In this document: positions 45,872 to 54,721 of the stretch, piece after piece
Numbering within the stretch: position 1 is the first letter of the stretch
Layout: every line of letters starts with the position of its first letter
IMG/VR virus record: IMGVR_UViG_3300019093_001485
Coordinates: 916 to 64,915 of that record
Reading direction: 5' to 3' (one strand)
Source of the DNA: a virus
Taxonomy: Duplodnaviria > Caudoviricetes
DNA: 64,000 bases
Notes under the pieces: model-generated
Database searches by the model: none
Told to the model about the DNA's origin: nothing
Seen by the model: only the letters and a program-made list of their open reading frames with translations
Position numbers and translations under genes: made by a program

Positions 45872-47626
45872 ATGAATAATATCTATAAATATATATTCGC
45901 TACCATTGCGTTGATTGGACTCGTGAATCTAATTACGCCTTACGTTCTTGCATCTGAGCGGACGCAAGAAAATAGGGTCGACAGTCTTATACGCCAGCAG
46001 TCCTACAACTTCCGATTTAGCTTTGATAAAAGCGATTCAACACTGATTGAACTAAAAAAATTGGAGCCTTTTTTTACGAAAAAGCAAAAAGATCTTGTAT
46101 ATCTTATGCATGCAGCCGTCCTGGGCTTCCAAGGGAAACATACGGAACGTACGGCACTAGTGAATGGATATCTTACGCAAGTTACCGATGCCGACATGAG
46201 AGCTAGATTTCTTGACCAACTAATAGGAGCATATTCGAACCTTGGCGAATATGAAAAAGCAATCTTATCAATGAACGAAGCCACAGCGCTACTACCAGCT
46301 TTAAGGACACGTGAGGGAATAAGCGCCACTTTACAGGGGGCAGTCAATCTACTGCGTACACTAAAAGAATATGACGAAGCTTTGGTTTATGCAAACAGGA
46401 TGTTAGAGCTCAAACCAAATCCCGATCGCCCTTCAGAGCGGTGCTTGGGCATTTTGAATACCGTTGAACTGAATTACATACGTGGTGATGTACAACATGC
46501 AAGATCACTCATTCCCGAATCAGATGCAACTTGCAAGGTTGGCGGAAATAGACTCTACGTTCAAATTTTGCAAGCAATGTCTGTGATAGACCTAATAAAT
46601 TCTGGCAATTATCAAAAGGGTATAAATCAAGGCGTCCCTTTGGCAGCAGATTTCGAAAATCTTAATCATCGTAATGAGTATAGGATGCGACTTGAAGAGG
46701 CTTTGGCAAAAGCTTTTATGTCTTCAAATGATCTAAAGTCGGCATCAAAATTCGGGTTACTAGCTTTTGATCATGCTAAAGAAGCAAAAGCAGTCGAGCA
46801 GGTTGAATCTGCAGCCGAGACCATGGCAAAAGTGCACGAGCGCCAGGGAGACAATCCAAACGCGTTAGCATTCTTAAAGATTGCGTTTGAGTATCGAAAA
46901 AAACGAACAGACGATGACCTTCTAAAAAACCTCGCTTACCAACGCGTTAAATTCAATTTGCGCGAAAAAGCGATGCAATTAAGTGCATTGGAGAATAAAA
47001 ACCAAGTATTGCGCATTGAGCAGGAACTCGAAAAGAAAAACACACAAACAATATTCTGGGTTGCAGTTTTTTCCGCGACTGTGATGATCATCCTGTTGGT
47101 AATGTTGATATTTTTCATAAAGCAAAGGAAGAAATATTTAAGGTTAGTGCAGATTGACCAACTAACAAATATTTTTGATCGGACATTTTTTATATCCCGT
47201 GCCTCCGAGAAAATTGCAGGTCGTCTAGCACCTATCTCTATTGTTCTGCTAAATCTTGACCGATTCAGGAAAATCAACGCTGCGTACGGTTTCTCCATGG
47301 GAGATCACATACTCGTTGAAGTATGTTCAAAAATTAAGACTCTATTAACAGTCGATGACCTTTTTGGAAGAATGCAGGGCGATGAATTCGCAATATGCAT
47401 GGTCGGTCCCACTGAAGAATTAGCCAGGCATTTAGCTGAGAAATGTCGCCTGGCCATTTTAGAATTGAATATAGATAAGTTGACGCCAGACCATAAACTG
47501 ACTGCTAGCATCGGTGTGGCGACAATTGATACAAAAGGACTGACAAATTTCGAAGATACCCTCAATGCAGCGCGCGACTCCCTACTTCTTTCAAAAAGTT
47601 TAGGCGGTAATTGCGTCAACGGTTAG
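45872..47626 (+). CDS. Periplasmic TPR, TM, degenerate GGDEF protein
   Basis: N-terminal signal/TM; TPR helices (AYSNLGEYEKAI, EYDEALVYA); TM; DQLT...LLNLDRFRKINAAYGFSMGD...GRMQGDEF...TASIGV. Confidence 0.9.
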   Translation: MNNIYKYIFATIALIGLVNLITPYVLASERTQENRVDSLIRQQSYNFRFSFDKSDSTLIELKKLEPFFTKKQKDLVYLMHAAVLGFQGKHTERTALVNGYLTQVTDADMRARFLDQLIGAYSNLGEYEKAILSMNEATALLPALRTREGISATLQGAVNLLRTLKEYDEALVYANRMLELKPNPDRPSERCLGILNTVELNYIRGDVQHARSLIPESDATCKVGGNRLYVQILQAMSVIDLINSGNYQKGINQGVPLAADFENLNHRNEYRMRLEEALAKAFMSSNDLKSASKFGLLAFDHAKEAKAVEQVESAAETMAKVHERQGDNPNALAFLKIAFEYRKKRTDDDLLKNLAYQRVKFNLREKAMQLSALENKNQVLRIEQELEKKNTQTIFWVAVFSATVMIILLVMLIFFIKQRKKYLRLVQIDQLTNIFDRTFFISRASEKIAGRLAPISIVLLNLDRFRKINAAYGFSMGDHILVEVCSKIKTLLTVDDLFGRMQGDEFAICMVGPTEELARHLAEKCRLAILELNIDKLTPDHKLTASIGVATIDTKGLTNFEDTLNAARDSLLLSKSLGGNCVNG

Positions 47627-48133
47627 CTGTCCGTAATATTTCATTGACACGTCTTGTCGTTGGACGGTCAATGGATCCGTTGTGAGCAGCCATAACCTCT
47701 TCCTGCTGTATCGGAGTTGCATAGTCAATCCGGAAATGTGCCCCAGAACTGCGTTCAAGTGCAAATTTTGTGAAGGTGAGAAGGATCTCTGACGGAACGC
47801 AATTCCAAAGTGTGAAAACACCGCCCCCCATTTCGAAGAGAGAGTCCTGAGTTTTTTTGGCGCCAACAGTAGGAAACTTAACTTCATGGCCCAGATCGCT
47901 CAAGACCTGTTCAATCGTTTCGTTTCCTGCATGTTTTACATAGAAACTAGTTCCGCAACTTTTTTCTAAAGCGAAGCGCATCCCAGCTTCCAACAAATCG
48001 TCCGGCATGCCGTGCCAAAGATATATTTCTCCCTGCCCTGACTCGAGTTGGGATGCATACAGTTCAGCTTGTGTGCGAACAAGGCATTTAGCAATTTAGT
48101 TTTTTGATCAATGTCAGTCGTAGAACTTCCCAT
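47616..48133 (-). CDS. Two-repeat protein of unknown function; probable frameshift near 48095
   Basis: Internal duplication GQGEIYLWHGMPDDLL..RFALEKSCG / GGGVFTLWNCVPSEIL..KFALERSSG begins upstream of the tracked ATG 48008; ATG 48133 is out of frame by one base. Confidence 0.6.
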
Positions 48134-48139
48134 ATCAAT

Positions 48140-48355
48140 CTAATAGCCGACGACTAAAGTGTCCAATGAACCGTATTCAGCGTTAGGTATGCCAACGATA
48201 TCAGCAACCACCTGTTTGTCGCCAGTGTGAATTGCAGCCTGTTCTGCAACAGTCAAACCATATTTTGTCATTGCAGCTTCTGGATTTTCATTGTGAGCTT
48301 CACGAGCAACGGCATTTTTGTCCAGCAGATTCAAATATGCTAATAAGTTAGACAT
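48140..48355 (-). CDS. SonA-like split-borosin RiPP precursor (borosin-binding domain plus short core)
   Basis: 71 aa; NPEAAMTKYGLTVAEQAAIHTGD resembles Shewanella SonA NPEAVMRAHGLTDEQINAVMTGD as recalled; aliphatic C-terminal tail; next to a TPR-GGDEF gene. Confidence 0.78.
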   Translation of the reverse strand: MSNLLAYLNLLDKNAVAREAHNENPEAAMTKYGLTVAEQAAIHTGDKQVVADIVGIPNAEYGSLDTLVVGY

Positions 48356-48566
48356 TTCGCTTTACCTTTCCAATACATACTTTGGTTAAAAAAACATAAT
48401 ATTGCACAAGCATTTTATTATGATTTCTGCTATATGACTTAGTTTTTCTTGACCTGATCAGGGCTCTTAAATTTGACACGTTCGCCTGGAGTGATTTTTG
48501 GATTCGACAGGTCCAAGATAGACGGCCTTGTTGCAACTATCAATAACAACAAGGCTGTTCTCATTC

Positions 48567-49067
48567 TTACATCCCTAGCCCTGAACCGCTGCCGCTGGGT
48601 TCAGGCTTTTGATCATTCTCGTCATGCCCGGCTTGCTGCATTCCCAATTCAATTACATCATCAAGCTCTTTTACAACTTGTTCGGCCTGCAGCTTGCTTA
48701 AGCATCTCGCCTGGAAAGTACCAGAGGCATCATAAACACCATATCCAGTTACGACGTACTTGCCATTTTTTATCGTCACATATTCAACAACTTTGTGCCC
48801 GTACCTCCCAACAAACCAGATAAAACCAATCAACTCACCTGATCTTTCCGGCTGCAGCTCCGCCACACCACCTATAAGGTCGCTGGCCCATTTAGCCGCT
48901 TGTTCTTTATCCTCAAATATTGCAACCAATCTGTATTCTTCGTTATCGTCAAGAGCCATGACCGCATATCCTACAAGCTCATTGCGATCACCTGTTGAAT
49001 AGACTTTACAAATCAAGTACTTCCCAGAGTCGTCAACATATTCCAGCGTTCTAACATCATATTCCAT
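48567..49067 (-). CDS. Acidic hypothetical protein with internal repeat
   Basis: GAGG RBS; two VGY.V...K.QA units; tail PEPSGSGSGLGM. Confidence 0.7.
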   Translation of the reverse strand: MEYDVRTLEYVDDSGKYLICKVYSTGDRNELVGYAVMALDDNEEYRLVAIFEDKEQAAKWASDLIGGVAELQPERSGELIGFIWFVGRYGHKVVEYVTIKNGKYVVTGYGVYDASGTFQARCLSKLQAEQVVKELDDVIELGMQQAGHDENDQKPEPSGSGSGLGM

Positions 49068-49306
49068 AGATTTAACCTCTCAGAAAACTTCATGTTTTCA
49101 ACAATCACCCCAAAACCCTTGGCACCAGTAGCACTTAGGCCAGTTCATCTACTTTAGCTATTTCCCTGATTTTCATTTGCGACAAATTACGCTCTGATTT
49201 TACGCCCCTTCCCTTTTTTAGCCTTCGCGATCGTGGCCTCAGCTTCGCTTTGATACGCACATGCTGCACTGCACAATCGAAAAGATAAATAAAATTCAAA
49301 ATTTAG

Positions 49307-49347
49307 ATAAAGCACTGCTTTACTTTAATAAAGCTTTGCTTTATTAT
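49307..49347 (+). promoter_or_regulatory. OL: two 17-bp operators overlapping PL
   Basis: ATAAAGCACTGCTTTAC (49307-49323) and ATAAAGCTTTGCTTTAT (49328-49344); TTTACT, 17 bp, TATTAT. Confidence 0.88.
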
Positions 49348-49383
49348 TCATACATCGCAGCAAACAATTAATCAGGAGCCGAG

Positions 49384-49599
49384 ATGATCACACAAACACC
49401 TTTCAACTTGCCAACAGGCCACTTTGCCCAACCAGCAGTTGCATCGAACGCCCTGGTCATCAACGGCCAAAACCTGATTGATGCTTTTGCTGATTGTGAC
49501 ATGGAACAGTGCGACAAGTTGGCCTCGTTGCTGGCAAGCGGTCGTCATGAGCAAGTAGGCCGAATGCTGGAAGCGATTTTCTACAAATGGGCCGAATGA
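49384..49599 (+). CDS. First PL-operon protein, hypothetical
   Basis: AGGAG RBS directly after PL. Confidence 0.7.
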   Translation: MITQTPFNLPTGHFAQPAVASNALVINGQNLIDAFADCDMEQCDKLASLLASGRHEQVGRMLEAIFYKWAE

Positions 49600-50640
49600 T
49601 TTTCTGATACCCCGAAAAGTCCTGGTGATGGCGAACAAAAGACCACCGGACAGAATAGGCAAGTACCTGGCAGCTCGGAACTAGACGGGCAACGAATTAA
49701 AGATTGGTCGCTGGCACCAAGTTTCAAGCCAGCAGGGAAATCTGGGTGCCTGAATGACCTGGCCTCTGTATCGGGTGATGCCTCTAGTCTTGAGTTGGGA
49801 CGGACAGTCGGGAAAGACCGACAAAGAATTGCAGTAGAGAAGATTGCAAGACTGGCTGAATCGTGACGTCAAGTAGCGCTGTACTGCGCGAAAACCTATG
49901 AACGAAAGATGCCATGAGCAAGCCGAGGACGGAAGGCACTGCCGTGACAGCCTGGAGAGACAGGCATCAAAACAAAACCGGCTTCACCCGCCTTGGCCAG
50001 CGGAGCTCCCGATGTACGAGGCCGGTTCTGTTTTGAGTTTGACTCGCCTGCAGTGTGTTTCTCACCCACCCTGCCGCCTTCCGTGGTCGATAAATCGGAC
50101 TGGTAACTCTCTGCCAGCGAAGTTCTAAAAGAGGGCACCACACAAAACCAGCGGCTAAACGAAGACCATGGCGCGCCTCCGATGGTCGGATACCGGAGAA
50201 AGACCGGGCCGCTGGTTCTGTGTGGTGAATACCAAAAGGACGCACCCCGAGAGGGCGCTCTGCAAAGCATCGCAGGAATCTGCTTAGCCTGTTAATCATG
50301 ATCGGGTTTTGCGGTAGCCCAGATAGAAATCTGAAGGAAGCATGATTAACCTTCGGCACCTGTCGATAAGTCCGTCGCCGCAGACGGTAATCGCGACTGC
50401 TGGGACGAGAGTAACCCAGCGCCAACAGGAAAGAGGGGGCACTGCAAAACGGTCTTCCCGAGCACACGTAGTACCGAACGACCGAGAGGGTGTGCTAACG
50501 ACGGGTGAATTCCTCTTTTTCCTGTTGGTAAATGCATGATTGGATCTGGACGGTTCGAACCCGTACCCGAAACTCCCAGAGTAGTCGAGCTGGCATAGTC
50601 GAAAAATAGTGAAGATAGCCCATTTGCCAACACCTAATTT
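49600..50640 (+). ncRNA. About 1-kb hairpin-rich non-coding tract in the early-left transcript
   Basis: No convincing ORF; repeated GACA-stem-GARAGA-stem hairpins and a T-loop-like hairpin. Confidence 0.45.
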
Positions 50641-50656
50641 AACCAGGAGATCAGCA

Positions 50657-51046
50657 ATGAATGCAGCAGATCAGTTTGAAGCACCAAAACACACGCCGGG
50701 ACCGTGGGAAGCGATTGGCAATTTGGTTCGCTCCCCTATGGTTCACCCGCAGGGTACTGATAGGCCGCGAGGAATCATGCTTGCGGAATGCGCAGATGGA
50801 TACGGCGTCAAGGCAAACAGCGCTGAAGCCGCCGCAAATGCCAGGCTCTTCGCTGCGGCACCTGATTTGCTGGCCGAGTTGGTCATGGCTGGCCAGGTCA
50901 TCAGCGTGCTGCTGAACGAGTTGACTGTCGAGCAAAAGCGCAACTGTGCAGCAAAAATCGACGCATTGGGCATACACGGCGAAGGCATGATCAGGGCAAA
51001 TGAGCGTGATGCAGTCATGAAAAAGGCCACGGGAGCACCAACATGA
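50657..51046 (+). CDS. Conserved phage protein
   Basis: KHTPGPW...ANARLFAAAPDLL family; AGGAG RBS. Confidence 0.85.
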   Translation: MNAADQFEAPKHTPGPWEAIGNLVRSPMVHPQGTDRPRGIMLAECADGYGVKANSAEAAANARLFAAAPDLLAELVMAGQVISVLLNELTVEQKRNCAAKIDALGIHGEGMIRANERDAVMKKATGAPT

Positions 51047-51153
51047 CCCGCACCCGCCCTATTCGCGCTTACCGCCACTGGCGCAGCGCTGGCTTCAGTG
51101 TCCGCAATGCACTTTACCTGACAGTGAAATGGGGTTGCCCAGCATGGTACTGA
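51043..51153 (+). CDS. 36-aa cationic peptide (not in ORF track)
   Basis: MTRTRPIRAYRHWRSAGFSVRNALYLTVKWGCPAWY; GGAG RBS, ATGA coupling. Confidence 0.55.
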   Translation: MTRTRPIRAYRHWRSAGFSVRNALYLTVKWGCPAWY

Positions 51154-51230
51154 TCAAAAACATCCTCTTTTACCGCCGCTTTGGATATAGCTGGCGAACA
51201 GCCTGGCGCAAAGCCCGCAACACGATTTAA
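51144..51230 (+). CDS. 28-aa cationic peptide (not in ORF track)
   Basis: MVLIKNILFYRRFGYSWRTAWRKARNTI; overlaps the previous stop. Confidence 0.5.
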   Translation: MVLIKNILFYRRFGYSWRTAWRKARNTI

Positions 51231-51258
51231 CCGATTTTCAAAATTTCTGGAGTAAGAC

Positions 51259-52233
51259 ATGAGTACAGCAGTCGCAACAAAGACACCAGCAGCAAACTTG
51301 ATGCAGTTTATGGAGAAACATAAGCAGCAAGTCGCCCTTGCCTTGCCAAAGCATATTACTGCTGATCGTATGGTTCGCCTGGCTATGACTTCATTCAGCC
51401 AAAACAAGGCGCTGCAAAACTGCGAAATGAATAGCATTTTTGCTTCAGTCATCATTGCTTCACAGCTCGGTCTTGAGATTGGTGTGGGCGGACAGGGCTA
51501 TCTTGTTCCATACAAGGGCAAATGCACGTTCGTGCCTGGCTGGCAGGGCTTGGTTGATCTGGTATCTCGCGCTGGTCGTGCCACAGTTTGGACTGGCGCG
51601 GTGTATCGCGGCGATAAATTCGATTGGGCACTTGGTGACAATCCATTCGTAAAACATCAACCAGAGGGCGACGCAGACGATTGGCGCGACATCTCGCATG
51701 TGTATGCCATAGGTCGCGTGAATGGCAGCCAATACCCTGTTATCGAAGTCTGGACGATGGATCGCGTTGTTCGCCACCTCAACAAATACAACAAGGTAGG
51801 CACCAGCCACTATGCCCTTACGAACGATGGCGCAAATATGGAGATGTACGCCCGCAAGGTCGCCCTGCTCCAGGTCTTGAAGTACATGCCAAAGTCAATC
51901 GAAGTACAGAAAGCCATGGACGTGGCCCACGCAGTCGATTCCGGCAAAAACTTCACGATGGAAGGCGATATCGTTATTGTTCAGGACGAGCCAGAAGATC
52001 AGGCAGCAGTGCCCCAAAGCGTTGATATGCCGCGCTCACGAAGCGAACAAGCAGCCGCCCAAGCTGACCCAGCCGCGCCACTGACCGCTACGCAAATTGA
52101 CTTCGTTAAGAACAAGATGGAGCTGGATGCCCTTGGCAGTGCTGACCTGTTCCGAAAGTTCGGCAAGAAATTAGAAGACTTCACTCAAGCTGAATTTGAA
52201 ACTGTTCTGGCCTGGGTAAAGAACCCTGACTAA
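51259..52233 (+). CDS. recT: RecT-family single-strand annealing protein
   Basis: ALPKHITADRMVRLA, SQLGLE, GQGYLVPYK, MYARKVAL..LKYMPKSIE. Confidence 0.93.
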   Translation: MSTAVATKTPAANLMQFMEKHKQQVALALPKHITADRMVRLAMTSFSQNKALQNCEMNSIFASVIIASQLGLEIGVGGQGYLVPYKGKCTFVPGWQGLVDLVSRAGRATVWTGAVYRGDKFDWALGDNPFVKHQPEGDADDWRDISHVYAIGRVNGSQYPVIEVWTMDRVVRHLNKYNKVGTSHYALTNDGANMEMYARKVALLQVLKYMPKSIEVQKAMDVAHAVDSGKNFTMEGDIVIVQDEPEDQAAVPQSVDMPRSRSEQAAAQADPAAPLTATQIDFVKNKMELDALGSADLFRKFGKKLEDFTQAEFETVLAWVKNPD

Positions 52234-52235
52234 TC

Positions 52236-52814
52236 ATGCTGACGTTCGATGAATCAACACACACATATAGATGGCACGGCGTTGTTGAGCCTGGTGTGAC
52301 CTCAATACTTTCGCCTCTAATCGACTATTCGATGGTCAAGCCAGAAGTCCTTGAACGCGGGCAAAAGTTGGGGACTGCTGTTCATCGAATGACAGAACTG
52401 TATGACCTTGACGACCTCGACGAATCATCTTTGTCGCCGGTGATGGTTAACTACCTTGAAGGCTGGAAGCGATTCAAGGAAGACACAGGATTCGTTCCGG
52501 CGACGATCGAGCATCGAATGTATCACCCAAAGCACCACTACTGTGGAACGTCCGACAGGACAGGCGTAATCAAGAAGCACAAGGCTGTTGTTGACATAAA
52601 GAAGATGCTCACTCTGGGGCCTGTTATCGGCATACAGCTTGCCGCTTACCAGGCAACGCACAACCTGGAGGGCTCGGGAATCACCCACCGGTACGCCCTC
52701 GGGCTCCGGCCAGACGGTACATACAGGTTAGAGCCATTTATTAACCCAGGTGACTTTGCAGTGTTTTTGTCACTTCTCACTATCAAGAACTGGAAAGCGC
52801 AACATGGAAACTGA
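52236..52814 (+). CDS. PD-(D/E)XK exonuclease partner of RecT
   Basis: FDESTHTY, PGVTSIL, GTAVH, YCGTSDR, VVDIK, QLAAY. Confidence 0.85.
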   Translation: MLTFDESTHTYRWHGVVEPGVTSILSPLIDYSMVKPEVLERGQKLGTAVHRMTELYDLDDLDESSLSPVMVNYLEGWKRFKEDTGFVPATIEHRMYHPKHHYCGTSDRTGVIKKHKAVVDIKKMLTLGPVIGIQLAAYQATHNLEGSGITHRYALGLRPDGTYRLEPFINPGDFAVFLSLLTIKNWKAQHGN

Positions 52815-53721
52815 AATCGAAACTACGCACATCACGATCGCAATACCAGCCAAAAATCCGGCCTTGGCCAGACGTGCCAGCGCTTTCGTCAAGATTGCAG
52901 AAAATTATGCGGTAACCAGTCCGCAAATGTTTGAACTTGCCGCCGAAGATCTGAAAAGCGTGAAGGCATTGCAAAAGCGCCTGGAAGATCAGCGCACCAG
53001 CGAAGTTGGGCCACTGAATGCAAAGGTCAAGGAAATCAACGACGAGTACCGAGCACCAAAAGACTGGTTATCCAATGCTGAGTCGATTCTTAAAGAGAAG
53101 TTGCTGACTTACACAACCGAGCAAGAGCGCATCGCTGCGGAAGAGCGCCGAAAAGCTGAGACGGCAGCGCGCATTGAACGCCAGCGTTTGGAAGCTGAAG
53201 CCAGGGAAAAACAAGCATTGGCGGATCGCCAAGCGGCACAGATTGCTGCTGCTGAAGCAGCACAGGCACGCGCCCAGGCAGAACAAGCAGATGCTCAGGC
53301 CACAGCAAACGCTGCCGCACAAGCAGGTGATCATGCTGCAGCACGCGAAGCCTTCGCCGCTGTTGACAAGGCTGAAACTGAACGCCTCGAAGCTGAGCAA
53401 ATCGCTGTCCAGGCACGTCATGTACAAGAGCAAGCACAGCAGGATGCTTTTGCGACAGAGATGACCGCCCTTGTTATGACCGCTCCAGTTGTCGCGTCAA
53501 AGGCAAAAGTCGCTGGCATTTCGACCTCAAAGAACTGGAAAGCTCGCGTTACTGACAAGGCCGCGCTGCTCAAGTACATCGCAGACCACCCTGAAATGCA
53601 CGATTGGGTTGATATCAGAATGACCGGTCTGAATGGCATGGCGCGGGCAATGAAGCAGACCATGAATATTCCGGGCGCAGAAGCATACCCAGATATTTCT
53701 GTCTCGGCCAGAGCCGCCTAA
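52804..53721 (+). CDS. Coiled-coil phage protein
   Basis: Long Ala/Glu/Gln-rich helices; IPGAEAY tail typical of recombination-module proteins. Confidence 0.75.
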   Translation: METEIETTHITIAIPAKNPALARRASAFVKIAENYAVTSPQMFELAAEDLKSVKALQKRLEDQRTSEVGPLNAKVKEINDEYRAPKDWLSNAESILKEKLLTYTTEQERIAAEERRKAETAARIERQRLEAEAREKQALADRQAAQIAAAEAAQARAQAEQADAQATANAAAQAGDHAAAREAFAAVDKAETERLEAEQIAVQARHVQEQAQQDAFATEMTALVMTAPVVASKAKVAGISTSKNWKARVTDKAALLKYIADHPEMHDWVDIRMTGLNGMARAMKQTMNIPGAEAYPDISVSARAA

Positions 53722-53754
53722 CCACCAACAAACTCAACAACTATTGGAGCTGTC

Positions 53755-54024
53755 ATGAACACAGAAACTCAGGAATTGCCGGAAATTACTCTGTCCCCAG
53801 TTGTTTCATCTCAACTGGCCGCGATTGGTCACTGCCCTGCTACCAATCGCCTGGCCATTCAGTTCAAAAGCTGGCGTGCTGATCAGCCTGGCAGCGTATA
53901 TCACTACAGCGATTTTGACGCCGCTGCATTCGAGGCCTTCCGCACTGCTGAATCGCTTGGCTCGTATTTCAAGAAGTTCATCAAGCCATTCGATGACCGT
54001 TTTCCATTCGTAAAGGTTTCCTGA
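53755..54024 (+). CDS. KTSC domain protein
   Basis: PVVSSQLAAIGH...LAIQF...YHY...AESLGSYF...IK. Confidence 0.88.
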   Translation: MNTETQELPEITLSPVVSSQLAAIGHCPATNRLAIQFKSWRADQPGSVYHYSDFDAAAFEAFRTAESLGSYFKKFIKPFDDRFPFVKVS

Positions 54025-54026
54025 TC

Positions 54027-54719
54027 ATGCAAGAACTTCAAAACGTAGTTGCCACGTCCATGGCAAAAATTATCGAGTCTGGCGTCATTGAACAGACTAT
54101 CGAGAAAAAATTGGTTGAAACAGTGAGCAGCATCATCACCAGCGAGTTGCGTGATTACTCTGAATTCGGCAAGGGCTTGCAGCAGCATGTAAAGGCAGCT
54201 CTGCAGGTCGATTTTTCAAGTCTTGGCATACCTGGATACAACGACTTCATATTGAAGATCATTCGCCAGCAGGTTACTGCACATGCTGACCTTGCAATTG
54301 CCAGCCAAATTAGCGGCCAATTGGAGCAGCTTTTGAAGCCAGCGCCAGCAACGATAAATATCTCTGAAATTGTAGCGAATTTCATCAAGTACAACACTCC
54401 GGATGGTTGCGAGTGTGATGGACCAGATGAAATCACGCTCATCATCGATGAAGAGTCATATGGCAGCCGCTGGGTATCGTTAGATAAAGAACCTGGAAAA
54501 ACACTGTACCGCTGCGACTATCGCTTTGGAGTAAGTCTGTCTGACGGCCACGTCTTTGGTATGAATCTCGACGGTAAGGACATTGAAAAACGGCTGTTCG
54601 TGGGGAATTTCTACAGCTTTGAGCGTGACTTATTTCAGATGCATGCATCTGGTACCAAAGTAATCATCGACAAAGAAGCTGTAGATATTGATACCTACTA
54701 CCCAGGGCGAGGTGACTGA
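54027..54719 (+). CDS. Conserved phage hypothetical protein
   Basis: 230-aa ORF in operon. Confidence 0.75.
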   Translation: MQELQNVVATSMAKIIESGVIEQTIEKKLVETVSSIITSELRDYSEFGKGLQQHVKAALQVDFSSLGIPGYNDFILKIIRQQVTAHADLAIASQISGQLEQLLKPAPATINISEIVANFIKYNTPDGCECDGPDEITLIIDEESYGSRWVSLDKEPGKTLYRCDYRFGVSLSDGHVFGMNLDGKDIEKRLFVGNFYSFERDLFQMHASGTKVIIDKEAVDIDTYYPGRGD

Positions 54720-54721
54720 AC

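Noticed and set aside
48100-48112. Programmed -1 frameshift at A-AAA-AAC to rescue the two-repeat gene
   Set aside because: A -1 slip there meets TAA immediately; the needed shift lies just after that stop
49600-50640. Possible CRISPR mini-array or small ORFs in the post-PL tract
   Set aside because: Repeats are short, non-identical and irregularly spaced; ORFs lack RBS and protein-like composition
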